The notes below the pieces were generated by a model. That model worked only from the letters and a program-made list of their open reading frames with translations, made no database searches and was not told where the DNA came from. Of a DNA stretch of 64,000 nt, positions 30,228 through 38,755 are shown in pieces; within the stretch, counting starts at the first letter, position 1; every line of letters begins with the position of its first letter. The stretch is taken from contig NZ_JBLXFX010000001.1 in NCBI RefSeq assembly GCF_048261495.1, forward strand, positions 463,510 to 527,509. The letters are read 5' to 3'. The translations under genes were made by a program, and so were the position numbers. This DNA comes from Salipiger sp. GTDB taxonomy: Bacteria; Pseudomonadota; Alphaproteobacteria; Rhodobacterales; Rhodobacteraceae.

Positions 30228-32840
30228 ATGGCCCCGAAGGGGAACCTACCCCCGGACATCCTGAAGCCCGTGAAGCTGCCGCTGGCCCTGACCCGACTGG
30301 GCATGGCGGCAGAGAGGCTGACGCAGGCGTTCTGGCCCTTGTGGTCGGTCTTTTTCCTCGTTCTGGCGCTGCTGATGCTGGGCGTACAGGACATGGTTTC
30401 GGTGGAATGGGTCTGGGCGAGCGGCGTGATCGCCGTCGCGGCAATGGGCTGGGGCCTGTGGCGCGGTGTGCGGATGATGCGCTGGCCGACCCGTGCACAG
30501 GCGCTGACGCGGCTTGACGCGACGCTGCGCGGTCATCCGATCCAGGCCTCTCTCGACACGCAGGCCATCGGCGGAACGGATGCCGGTTCGCTGGCGGTCT
30601 GGCAGGCGCACCAGGCGCGGATGAAGGCGCGGCTGGCCGGTGCGAAGGCCGTGGAGCCGGATCTGCGCGTGTCGCGGGCGGACCCCTACGCCCTGCGTTA
30701 CATTGCGGTCGTCGCGCTGCTCGTGGCGCTGATCTTCGGCTCGATCCTGCGGGTGTCCTCGGTCACGGGCATGAGCCCCGTGGGCGCGGCACTGGCCTCG
30801 GGGCCGGCCTGGGAGGGGTGGATGGAACCGCCCGCCTACACCCGGCTGCCCTCGGTCTATCTCAACGACATCACCGCCGCGACCCTTGCGGTGCCCGAAG
30901 GCGGGCGGATCACGCTGCGCCTCTACGGCGACGTCAATGCGCTGACCGTGACCGAGAGCGTGTCCGACGCACCGGCCGCCGATCCCGAGGCCCCGGTGGA
31001 GAGTGCCCGCGATTTCGTCGTGACCCGCTCCGGGACCGTGACGATCGAGGGCACGGGCGGGCGGGCATGGTCCGTGGTCATGACCCCGGACGCGGCGCCG
31101 AACGTGGTGCGGTCGGGCGAGGTGGAGTCGACCTACGAAGGCGATGCGCAGATCCCCTTCAAGGCCGCCGACGATTACGGCGTGGTCGCCGGGACGGCGA
31201 GGATCACCCTCGCGCTCGACGAGGTGGAGCGGCGCTACGGGCTGACCGTCGATCCCGAACAGCGCGATGCGATCGAGGTGCCGCTGCCCATGCCGATCGC
31301 CGGTGACCGGGCCGATTTCGAGGAAACGCTGATCGAGAATTTCTCGGAGCATCCCTGGGCCAACCTGCCGGTTTCGGTGGTGCTGACGGTCGAGGACGAG
31401 GCCGGTCAGACCGGGGTTTCGGATGCCGAGGTGATTCACCTTCCGGGACGGCGATTCTTCGATCCGCTGGCGGCAGCCATCGTGGAACAGCGCCGCGCGC
31501 TGCTCTGGAGCCGCGCGAACACGAAGCAGGTCGGCCAGATCCTGAGGGCGGTGCGGCACCGTCCGGATGACGTGTTCCGCTCGGCCGTGCATTACCTGCG
31601 CTTCCGCACCATCCTGACGCGGATGGAAAGCTTCGGCCCCGAGATGACCTTTGCCCAGCAGGACGAAATCGCGAAGGCGATGTGGGATCTGGCGCTGATC
31701 CTCGAGGAGGGCGACCTTGCCTCGGCGCTGGAGCGCCTGCAACGGGCGCAGGACCGCCTGTCCGAGGCGATGAAGAACGGGGCCTCCGAAGCGGAGATCG
31801 CCGAGCTCATGCAGGAGATGCGCGAGGCGACCGACGACTACCTGCGGCAACTCTCGCGGCAGGCCCAGCAGGAGGGCGCGCAGAATCCGGAAATGGCGCA
31901 GAACCAGAATTCGGTGGAGATGAGCCAGAACGACCTGCAGCGCATGATGGACCGCATCCAGGAGCTGATGGAGCAGGGCCGGATGGCCGAGGCGCAGGAG
32001 GCGCTGGAGCAGCTGCGCCAGATGATGGAGAACATGCAGGTCACGCAGGGACAGGGCCAGCAGGGCCAGTCCCCCGGCGAACAGGCGATGGAAGGGTTGG
32101 CCGAGACGCTGCGCGATCAGCAGGGGCTGTCGGACGAGGCGTTCCGGGATCTTCAGGACCAGTTCAACCCCGGTCAGCAGGGGCCGGAAGGCCAGCAGGG
32201 CCAGCAGCAGGGGCAGAACCAGCAGGGTCAGCAGGGCCAGGGGCGCGACGGCCGGCAGGGCCGCGACGGCCAGGGGCAACAGCAGGGCATGGGCCAGGGC
32301 GGAGACCGGCAGGCCGAACAGGGTCAGGGCGGTCAGCAATCCATGGAGGACAGCCTCGCCGAACGTCAGCGCGCGCTTCGCGACGAACTGAACCGGCAGC
32401 AGCGCAATCTGCCGGGTGCCGGAACCGAGCCGGGAGAGGCGGCGCGCGATGCGCTGCGGCGGGCGGAAGAGGCGATGGACGGGGCCGAGGACGCGCTGCG
32501 GCAGGACGATCTGGCCGAGGCGATCGACGAACAGTCCCGCGCCATGGAAGCGTTGCGCGAGGGGATGCGGAACCTCGGCGAGGCGATGGCGCAGCAGGGT
32601 CAGCAGAACCAGGGTCAGCAGGGCATGGCGCAGGGCACCGATCCCGGCCAGCAGCGCGACCCGCTGGGACGCAATGCCGGGGCGAACGGCCAGGTCGGGT
32701 CAGAGGAGAACCTGCTTCAGGGCGAGGACGTCTACCGGCGGGCGCGCGAGTTGCTGGACGAGATCCGGCGCCGGTCCGGGGACGGCGAGCGCCCCACCGA
32801 GGAACTGGAATATCTCGAACGGCTTCTGGAACGGTTCTGA
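30228..32840 (+). CDS. TIGR02302/DUF4175 family membrane protein with Gln/Gly-rich low-complexity region (function unknown)
   Basis: 870 aa with N-terminal TM helices and a long extracytoplasmic region that includes QGQGQQGQ...GQQGQQQGQNQQGQQGQGRDGRQGRDGQGQQQG. Located downstream of lysA, as I recall for this alphaproteobacterial family. Confidence 0.8.
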   Translation: MAPKGNLPPDILKPVKLPLALTRLGMAAERLTQAFWPLWSVFFLVLALLMLGVQDMVSVEWVWASGVIAVAAMGWGLWRGVRMMRWPTRAQALTRLDATLRGHPIQASLDTQAIGGTDAGSLAVWQAHQARMKARLAGAKAVEPDLRVSRADPYALRYIAVVALLVALIFGSILRVSSVTGMSPVGAALASGPAWEGWMEPPAYTRLPSVYLNDITAATLAVPEGGRITLRLYGDVNALTVTESVSDAPAADPEAPVESARDFVVTRSGTVTIEGTGGRAWSVVMTPDAAPNVVRSGEVESTYEGDAQIPFKAADDYGVVAGTARITLALDEVERRYGLTVDPEQRDAIEVPLPMPIAGDRADFEETLIENFSEHPWANLPVSVVLTVEDEAGQTGVSDAEVIHLPGRRFFDPLAAAIVEQRRALLWSRANTKQVGQILRAVRHRPDDVFRSAVHYLRFRTILTRMESFGPEMTFAQQDEIAKAMWDLALILEEGDLASALERLQRAQDRLSEAMKNGASEAEIAELMQEMREATDDYLRQLSRQAQQEGAQNPEMAQNQNSVEMSQNDLQRMMDRIQELMEQGRMAEAQEALEQLRQMMENMQVTQGQGQQGQSPGEQAMEGLAETLRDQQGLSDEAFRDLQDQFNPGQQGPEGQQGQQQGQNQQGQQGQGRDGRQGRDGQGQQQGMGQGGDRQAEQGQGGQQSMEDSLAERQRALRDELNRQQRNLPGAGTEPGEAARDALRRAEEAMDGAEDALRQDDLAEAIDEQSRAMEALREGMRNLGEAMAQQGQQNQGQQGMAQGTDPGQQRDPLGRNAGANGQVGSEENLLQGEDVYRRARELLDEIRRRSGDGERPTEELEYLERLLERF

Positions 32841-32906
32841 TCCTGCGGTGCGGCTGGCGCCGCGCCGGGTCCTGTCGCGCCCTGCCTTCGGCCGGACGCT
32901 CCGGCA

Positions 32907-32973
32907 AGGGGCTCTGCCCCTCTCGAGGCCTGCGGCCTCGATTCACCCCGGGATATTTTCCGAACCGAAGAAG
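32907..32973 (+). repeat. REP-like intergenic element, copy B
   Basis: AGGGGC-TCT-GCCCCT hairpin, then TCGAGGCC-TGC-GGCCTCGA hairpin, then tail CCCCGGGATATTTTCCGAACCGAAGAAG. Lies between the convergent TIGR02302 and arfB stops. Confidence 0.7.
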
Positions 32974-32978
32974 TGGGG

Positions 32979-33401
32979 TCAGCTGTCGGGGTCGACGGCG
33001 CCGCGGAGCGATTTGACCTCGCCGCGTTGTTTCTTGGAGGCGAGGCGGCGGCGCTTCGACCCGAGGGTGGGTTTGGTGGCGATGCGGCGCTTGGGCTTTT
33101 CCAGCGCCTTGCGGATCAGTTCGACGAGCCGGTCGCGGGCGATGTCGCGGTTGCGGGCCTGGGAGCGGGTTTCGTCGACCTGGAGGATCAGCGCGCCTTC
33201 CTTGGTCCAGCGGCGTCCGGCGAGTTTGCGCAGGCGCATCTTGACCGGCGGCGGGAGGTTGGGGGAGCGCTCGGCCTCGAACCGGAGTTCGACCGCGGTC
33301 GAGACCTTGTTGACGTTCTGTCCGCCCGGTCCCGAAGACCGGATGAACTGTTCGGTGATCTCCCAGTCTTCGATGCGGATGTGGTCGTTGATCTGAAGCA
33401 T
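32979..33401 (-). CDS. arfB: alternative ribosome-rescue factor ArfB (YaeJ; peptidyl-tRNA hydrolase, class-I RF domain)
   Basis: 140 aa. GGQ motif in SSGPGGQNVNKVSTAVELRF and a basic C-terminal tail KPKRRIATKPTLGSKRRRLASKKQRG. Confidence 0.9.
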   Translation of the reverse strand: MLQINDHIRIEDWEITEQFIRSSGPGGQNVNKVSTAVELRFEAERSPNLPPPVKMRLRKLAGRRWTKEGALILQVDETRSQARNRDIARDRLVELIRKALEKPKRRIATKPTLGSKRRRLASKKQRGEVKSLRGAVDPDS

Positions 33402-33420
33402 GGGGGGTCTTGCAAGGCTT

Positions 33421-33464
33421 TTCTGAAACGGAAATGGGTCGCCCTGCCTGTGGGGCGACCCATT
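33421..33464 (-). terminator. strong intrinsic terminator ~20 nt upstream of the arfB start codon
   Basis: Minus strand: 12-bp stem AAUGGGUCGCCC / GGGCGACCCAUU with an 8-nt loop, followed by UCCGUUUC. Confidence 0.6.
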
Positions 33465-33531
33465 CGAGACGTCAAGGAGGCGTGCCGGTTAGGCAGAGCC
33501 AATTCGTAGGTCCTTCACGCCAGGGATTGCC

Positions 33532-33588
33532 CTAGCGTTTGCGCCTCCGAACTGTTCCGACACCTCTCTCCAATGTGACTCTAGACAC
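33532..33588 (-). CDS. candidate 18-codon sORF (V/M)SRVTLERGVGTVRRRKR
   Basis: GTG lies 7 nt downstream of the GGAGG core of an exceptionally long SD. TAG stop at 33534..33532. There is no homology evidence. It may instead be part of a non-coding leader or sRNA. Confidence 0.25.
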   Translation of the reverse strand: MSRVTLERGVGTVRRRKR

Positions 33589-33604
33589 TGGATCACCTCC
33601 TTTC
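33588..33604 (-). promoter_or_regulatory. 17-nt perfect complement of the 16S rRNA 3' tail (extended Shine-Dalgarno GAAAGGAGGTGATCCAG)
   Basis: Minus-strand sequence read directly. 15 nt are identical to the universal 16S reverse primer AAGGAGGTGATCCAG(CC). A potential partner anti-SD, CGCCUCCUU, lies at 33482->33474. Confidence 0.5.
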
Positions 33605-33669
33605 AGCTGTTGAAAAACGCAAGTTCAGGGTGGCACGGGTTTGCGTATTCTCAAAACATTTTTTGCGGA

Positions 33670-34311
33670 TCAGGCGGGTGCGCGGGCGGAAAGTGCCTTC
33701 AAAACGATCAATCGGAAAGGCACCAGGGCGATGATGGCGAGCGACAGTTTCACCAGCCAGTCGGCGACGCCCAGCGAGACCCAGAGCGGGACCAGCGGAC
33801 CGGCGCCGAGCAGGGGCAGGACCTCGCCCGCCCAGGTGACGTTGTTGCCCGGTTCGAGCACCGTCAGGGCCCCGGAGAAGGCCACGGTGAAGAAGATCGC
33901 GGTGTCGAGCGAGGAACCGACGAGGGTCGAGGCCAGCGGTGCGCGCCACCAGGAACCGTCGCGCAGGCGATCGAAGATCGCCACGTCCATGAGTTGCGCG
34001 ACGAGGAAGGCGAGGCCGGAGCCGAGGGCGATCCGCAGCGTGACGGCGGGATAGGTGTAGCCGTCGCCCTGCAGCATGATCTGCGTGCCGATCAGCGAGC
34101 AGATCACCCCGACGACGAAGCCGGCGAGGACCACGCGGCGGGCCGCCGGGGCGCCGTAGAGGCGGTTCATCACGTCGGTGACGAGAAAGGCGAGCGGGTA
34201 GGTGAAGGCCCCCCAGGTCAGCCATTGGCCGAACAGGAACTGGACGAGGATATTGGAGGCCAGCACGATGGCGGCCATGGCAAGAATGCCGGGAATATGA
34301 GTGCGTGTCAT
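33670..34311 (-). CDS. yhhQ: queuosine-precursor transporter (YhhQ / DUF165 family)
   Basis: ATG 34311 lies inside ORF 33670..34956. A polytopic protein with ...AFTYPLAFLVTDVMNRLYG... and ...LVGSSLDTAIFFTVAF... blocks typical of YhhQ. Confidence 0.85.
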   Translation of the reverse strand: MTRTHIPGILAMAAIVLASNILVQFLFGQWLTWGAFTYPLAFLVTDVMNRLYGAPAARRVVLAGFVVGVICSLIGTQIMLQGDGYTYPAVTLRIALGSGLAFLVAQLMDVAIFDRLRDGSWWRAPLASTLVGSSLDTAIFFTVAFSGALTVLEPGNNVTWAGEVLPLLGAGPLVPLWVSLGVADWLVKLSLAIIALVPFRLIVLKALSARAPA

Positions 34312-34378
34312 GGTGCGTGACCCGTTTTGACAAGGTTGCGGGAACTTGGTCCGGCCCTTCTGGCGGACGGAGGCCCGC

Positions 34379-35290
34379 TTACGGGGAACGCGGCGCCGAT
34401 GCAAGCGATTCCGGCACCACGTATTCCACCAGCTCGGTCCGTTGCAGCGGGTTGAAGTTGTCGTCCGACACCATGGTGAGGCGGATCGCGCCGCTGTCGT
34501 CCTGCCAGACGCTGAGCCCTTCGAGGTTGTCGTGCCGGAAGGGATAGGTTTCGAGCAGCGTTTCCTCGTCGCGTGCGCTGCTGTCGTCCACGGTGAAGCG
34601 GCGCACGCGGCTGCGGAAGCTGAAGCCGTTGAACAGCCTTTCCAGGATGTAGAGCTTGCCGTCCGGGCCGAAATCCGCGCCGACGGGGAGGTAGGTGCCG
34701 CGACGCGGGATCGAGAAGACCTCGGACCAGGAGGTGCCGTCGAAGCGCCATACCGGGAAGGGCCGGGTGAGGTCGCCGGAGCGTTCGGGCAGGGTGTAGA
34801 GCCTGCCCTGCGCGTCGATGGCCAGCGCTTCGAGACCGGCGTTGTTCTGCAGCCCGGCGAAGGCGGCGGCGCGGGGCAGGGCGACGGGGGTTTCGGGCGT
34901 GGTATAGGCCCACACCCGGTTGCGGCCTTCGAAGGAGATGTAGATGCGGCCGTCATCCCCGATGGCCAGCCCTTCGGAATCCGCGATCTCGCGCGGCATC
35001 GGGCGGCCGTTCAGATCCATCAGTTCGGCGACGGGGCCGGCATCGACCCCGGTGATCCGGCCGCCGTCGCGCAGGATCCGGCCCGTAAGGATTCCCGCCC
35101 GGTCGCTGATCGCTGTGAAGGTCGTGCCGTCCTGCGACAGCTCGATCCCCGAGAGTCCGCCGAAGCGGGCGTCGTCCATGCGCCAGGTGTAGCTGCCGAC
35201 GAAAGCGATCTCGCTCGCGCAGGCCGCACCGCCGAAGGTCAGGACCAGGGCGAGGGTGGCGGTCAGTCCGCGGCGAGAACGGTTGCGCAT
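34379..35290 (-). CDS. esterase-like activity of phytase family protein (beta-propeller), secreted
   Basis: Signal peptide present. Repeated ...FGGLSGIEL..., ...DSEGLAI..., ...NAGLEALAID..., ...DNLEGLSV... motifs. Confidence 0.8.
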   Translation of the reverse strand: MRNRSRRGLTATLALVLTFGGAACASEIAFVGSYTWRMDDARFGGLSGIELSQDGTTFTAISDRAGILTGRILRDGGRITGVDAGPVAELMDLNGRPMPREIADSEGLAIGDDGRIYISFEGRNRVWAYTTPETPVALPRAAAFAGLQNNAGLEALAIDAQGRLYTLPERSGDLTRPFPVWRFDGTSWSEVFSIPRRGTYLPVGADFGPDGKLYILERLFNGFSFRSRVRRFTVDDSSARDEETLLETYPFRHDNLEGLSVWQDDSGAIRLTMVSDDNFNPLQRTELVEYVVPESLASAPRSP

Positions 35291-36189
35291 TGTGCCGGAA
35301 GGTCCCCCATGGTCAGGTCGCGTTTGGGTTTCGGCGCGGGCGCGTTCGGATCGCGGGGCTTCGGCGGCGGCGGGTTCAGGATATTGTTGACCCAGGCCTG
35401 CGCCTCGGCACAGCCATCACCTGCAGGGGGCGGGGTCTGCGCGACACAGCCGCGCGCGCCCTTCGGGCAGGACAGGCGGACGTGCATGTGGTAGTAGTGC
35501 CCATACAGGGGCCGCACCTTGCGCAGCCAGCCGCGGTCACCCTTTTCGTCGTTGCACATCTGCACCTTGGCGCCCGGGAAGATGAAGATCCGCTCGACCC
35601 GCGGATCCTTGGCGGCGGCCTTGACCATCTCGTGCTGGACGCGCGTCCAGTCGCTGTTCACGTAGGCGCCCTTGGACCGCCACATCGAGACGGGCGGGAA
35701 ATCCTCTCGCTTGGCGCGGGACATGCCGAGATCCGGCACGTTGCGCAGCCAGATATCCGCGTCCAGCCCGATCTGGTGGCTGGCGTGGCCGGTCAGCATC
35801 GGGCCGCCGCGCGGCTGGCTCATGTCGCCGACATAGATGCCGTCGGTCCCCGGCAGGGCCGCCACCTTGCGGGACAGTTGCTTGAGGAAATCCACCAGTT
35901 CGGGATGACCCCAGTTGCGGTTGCGGGACAGGCGCATTGCCTGCCAGGTCGGCCCGGTTTCGGGCAGCTGCACGCCACCTGCAAGGCAGCCCTTGGAATA
36001 GAAGCCGAAGGGCGCCGCGCTCTGGTCCGAACCGTTGCTCTTGCCGCCGAAGAGCTGCTTGGCGCTCTTGGTGGACAGGACGCCGGTGACGCGGGGCAAT
36101 TCCACGGGGGCGGGAGTGGGGGCGCGCCGTTCTCCGCCGCAGGCCGCGAGGCTCAGGGCGAGGGACAGGCAAATCAGGGTGCGGATCAT
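35263..36189 (-). CDS. mepA: penicillin-insensitive murein endopeptidase MepA
   Basis: ...GHASHQIGLDADIWL... and ...YGHYYHMHVRLSCP... zinc-peptidase motifs. Signal peptide/lipobox-like LSLAAC. ATGA overlap with the MFS stop. Confidence 0.88.
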   Translation of the reverse strand: MIRTLICLSLALSLAACGGERRAPTPAPVELPRVTGVLSTKSAKQLFGGKSNGSDQSAAPFGFYSKGCLAGGVQLPETGPTWQAMRLSRNRNWGHPELVDFLKQLSRKVAALPGTDGIYVGDMSQPRGGPMLTGHASHQIGLDADIWLRNVPDLGMSRAKREDFPPVSMWRSKGAYVNSDWTRVQHEMVKAAAKDPRVERIFIFPGAKVQMCNDEKGDRGWLRKVRPLYGHYYHMHVRLSCPKGARGCVAQTPPPAGDGCAEAQAWVNNILNPPPPKPRDPNAPAPKPKRDLTMGDLPAQCATVLAAD

Positions 36190-37523
36190 TCTGCTCGGTC
36201 TCCGTCTGGCTGGACCCAGACTAGCAGAAACAGGCCCAGAACGAAAAGGCCGATGATGGGAGAGACGCCGAGGCGCTGCGATCCGCTCATCGTCGTGGCG
36301 ATGCCGATCAGGAGCGGCGCGAGAAAGGACGTGGCCTTGCCTGACAGCGCGTAGAGGCCGAACGCCTCGGTCATGCGGGCGGGATTGGCCTGGCGGCAGA
36401 GCATGGTGCGCGAGGCGGACTGGATCACGCCGCCCGCCGCGCCGATGACGGCGCCGAACATCCAGAAGGCATGGTCCGGAAGGCGCGACCCCTCGGCCAG
36501 CGGGATGCCGAAGATGGCGCTGCGGTCGACCGACACGATGCCGATGGCGACGGCGGTCAGGATCAGGATGCAGGCGGTGATGACGGGCTTGGGTCCGAAG
36601 GCCACGTCGGCGCGCCCCCCTAGCCAGGAAAAGACCGCGCCGGAAACGATGGCGATGATGCCGAAGATCCCGGTATCGACCACCGACCAGCCGAGCACCC
36701 CGGCGGCGTAGATGCCGCCGAAGGCATACATGCCGTTCAGTGCATCGCGGTAGAACATCGACGAGCCGAGATAGGCAAACAGGGACGGGCTTTTCGGAAG
36801 CTGGATCAGGGTGTTGCGCAGATCGCCCAGGGCCTGCCGCACGGCGCCCTTCGGGGCGGGGCGGCTGCGGGGGTCCTTCACCCAGAGAAAGAACGGCACC
36901 ATGAAGATCGCGTACCAGATCGCGGTCAGCGGTCCGACGAAGCGCGTGCCCTCGCGCTGGTCGGGGTCGAGGCCGAAGACGGGGGCAATGCCCACCATGG
37001 TCTTTCCGGTCGCGGCGCTTTCGGCGAACAGCGCCAGCATCAGGATCAGCGCGATCATTCCGCCGAGATAGCCGAAGGCCCAGCCGTTGCCGGAGATGCG
37101 TCCGATCTCTCGGGCGGGGCCGAGGTCGGGGAGCATGGCGTTGGTGAAGATCGTGGCGAATTCCATCCCGATAAGGCCGATGGCGAAGAAGAACAGCGTC
37201 CGCACCAGGTGGAAATCGTCCGGTGCGGCGAACCAGAGCATTGCCGCGCCGACGATGTAGAGCAGCGAGAAGCCGCGGATCCAGCGCAGGCGGTTGCCGC
37301 CGGTATCGGCGAGGGCGCCGAGGATCGGGGCCAGCAGCGCGATGACCACGCCGGCCGCGGCGATGCCGAAGCCCCAGGCGGCCTGCGCGCGCGATCCGTC
37401 ACCCATCAGTTCCTTGACGTAGGGCGCGAAGATGAAGGTGATGAGCAGCGTGTTGTAGGGCTGGCTGGCCCAGTCGAAGAAGAACCAGCCCCAGATCCGT
37501 CTGCGCAATCCTGCCTGTGCCAT
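36186..37523 (-). CDS. MFS transporter (UMF1/Atg22-like family)
   Basis: ORF 36186..37778 trimmed to ATG 37523 (MAQAGLRRRIWGWFFFDWASQPYNTLLITFIFAPY...). About 12 hydrophobic helices. Confidence 0.85.
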   Translation of the reverse strand: MAQAGLRRRIWGWFFFDWASQPYNTLLITFIFAPYVKELMGDGSRAQAAWGFGIAAAGVVIALLAPILGALADTGGNRLRWIRGFSLLYIVGAAMLWFAAPDDFHLVRTLFFFAIGLIGMEFATIFTNAMLPDLGPAREIGRISGNGWAFGYLGGMIALILMLALFAESAATGKTMVGIAPVFGLDPDQREGTRFVGPLTAIWYAIFMVPFFLWVKDPRSRPAPKGAVRQALGDLRNTLIQLPKSPSLFAYLGSSMFYRDALNGMYAFGGIYAAGVLGWSVVDTGIFGIIAIVSGAVFSWLGGRADVAFGPKPVITACILILTAVAIGIVSVDRSAIFGIPLAEGSRLPDHAFWMFGAVIGAAGGVIQSASRTMLCRQANPARMTEAFGLYALSGKATSFLAPLLIGIATTMSGSQRLGVSPIIGLFVLGLFLLVWVQPDGDRAE

Positions 37524-37587
37524 GTAGCCCCCTGTCCGCGCGCGGAGGAAACACGGCGGGCCGGGGCGAGGCAAGGGAAAAGGCCCG

Positions 37588-38166
37588 CTATTCTCCGGCC
37601 TGAGCGATCCGCGTGCGCGGGGCGGGCACCTCGGTCTGCATCGGCGGCCAGGGGCGGCGCGACTCGGCGTCGAGCCAGTCGCGGACCCAGTCCGGCAGCG
37701 GGGGAGAGTCGGCCTCGATCCCCAGCGCCTGCATGAGGCGGTCCGGGGGCACGATGCCGGTGCGACCGGTCGCGGCACTGCGGTAGACCGCGTGGTTCGC
37801 GCATTCGCCGTCGCGTTTCCACATGCTCTGTTCGAGATACATGAATTTCGCGTCCCACCCGATCAGGCGGGACCGCATCTCGAAGCGTTCGAAGGCCCGA
37901 ACCCGGCGCCGGTAGCGCACCACCGCGCCGGCCATGGTGAGGCCCCAGCCTTCGCGTTTCAGCACCGCGACCATCCCGGAGCGCCGGGCGAGGGGAATGC
38001 GGCCGAGATCGTAGAGGGTCAGCGTGCGGCCGTTGTTGAGCTCTTTCCAGAGGTCGAGATCCCAAGGCCAGCAGAGATGGTGCGAGACATGGGTCTCGCC
38101 CGGCGCGAGCGGGGGCAGGTTGCGGCTGATCCAGAGCTCCTTGGCCATGCGCAGCAAGGGATACAT
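37588..38166 (-). CDS. acyl-CoA thioesterase family protein (hotdog fold)
   Basis: 192-aa ORF with the pattern ...LDLWKELNNGRTLTLYDLGR...AGAVVRYRRRVRAFERFEMRSRLIGWD..., which I recognise from thioesterase-like proteins. High GC3. Confidence 0.7.
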   Translation of the reverse strand: MYPLLRMAKELWISRNLPPLAPGETHVSHHLCWPWDLDLWKELNNGRTLTLYDLGRIPLARRSGMVAVLKREGWGLTMAGAVVRYRRRVRAFERFEMRSRLIGWDAKFMYLEQSMWKRDGECANHAVYRSAATGRTGIVPPDRLMQALGIEADSPPLPDWVRDWLDAESRRPWPPMQTEVPAPRTRIAQAGE

Positions 38167-38298
38167 GCGAGGTCTCCTTTTGCGGTCACCCTGACGCGGT
38201 GCGGACCGGCGTCAACCACGACCTCGCGGCACTCTTGCCCTTTGCGGCCCCGGTGCTTACCTGTGGTCGCGAAATTGTCAGACGAGGTAGAGTGGCCC

Positions 38299-38592
38299 AT
38301 GCAATCGTTGTTCCAGATCCTGATGCTGATCCTCGATGTGGTCTGGTTCTTCATCATTGCGCATGTGATCATGAGCTGGCTGATCAATTTCCAGGTGCTG
38401 AACGTGCGTCAGCCGCTGGTCGGACAGATCTGGTACGGGCTGAACCGAATCCTCGAGCCGGCCTATTCCGCGATCCGCCGGGTGCTTCCGCCGATGGGGG
38501 GGCTCGATCTTGCGCCGCTGGTGGCGCTGATCGCGATCTATGCCATCCGAATCATCCTCGCCAACAACGCCGGGTTCTTCTACAGCTACTGA
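38299..38592 (+). CDS. yggT: YggT family membrane protein
   Basis: ATG 38299 lies inside ORF 37792..38592. 97 aa with two hydrophobic segments and ...YGLNRILEPAYSAIRRVLPPMGGLDLAPLV.... Confidence 0.85.
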   Translation: MQSLFQILMLILDVVWFFIIAHVIMSWLINFQVLNVRQPLVGQIWYGLNRILEPAYSAIRRVLPPMGGLDLAPLVALIAIYAIRIILANNAGFFYSY

Positions 38593-38599
38593 CGTGGTC

Positions 38600-38658
38600 G
38601 GGGGCTCTGCCCCGTCCGCCTGCGGCGGACTCCCCGGGATATTTCGGGCCAGAAGATG
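38600..38658 (+). repeat. REP-like intergenic element, copy C
   Basis: GGGGGC-TCT-GCCCC hairpin, then GTCCGCC-TGC-GGCGGAC hairpin, then tail CCCCGGGATATTTCGGGCCAGAAGATG. Starts 8 nt after the yggT stop. Confidence 0.7.
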
Positions 38659-38755
38659 CCGGGAGGTGGGCGGCGGTTCCGGCCTTGTTCACCGAATCCT
38701 AGTGTGAGACTGTCCTGACCAGAGCAGATCCCGCTGGACTTCGACAGGTTTCCCC

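Noticed and set aside
33588-33604. On the plus strand this 17-mer (CTGGATCACCTCCTTTC) looks like the 3' end of a 16S rRNA gene, which suggests an rRNA operon remnant.
   Set aside because: The identity stops abruptly. The preceding bases (…CTCTAGACA) do not resemble helix 45 (…GGGGAACCTGCGG), and nothing downstream resembles an ITS or tRNA. Both nearby terminator-like hairpins are oriented for the minus strand, so I interpret the 17-mer as a minus-strand SD.
34312-34378. A preQ1 riboswitch was expected in front of the YhhQ/DUF165 transporter gene.
   Set aside because: The 67-nt spacer (minus strand …GUUCCCGCAACCUUGUCAAAACGGGUCACGCACC-AUG) offers only a 4-bp CCCG/CGGG stem. The A-rich run lies inside the loop rather than 3' of the stem. 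I could not build the preQ1-I hairpin plus A-rich tail pseudoknot. A cmsearch would be needed to be certain.
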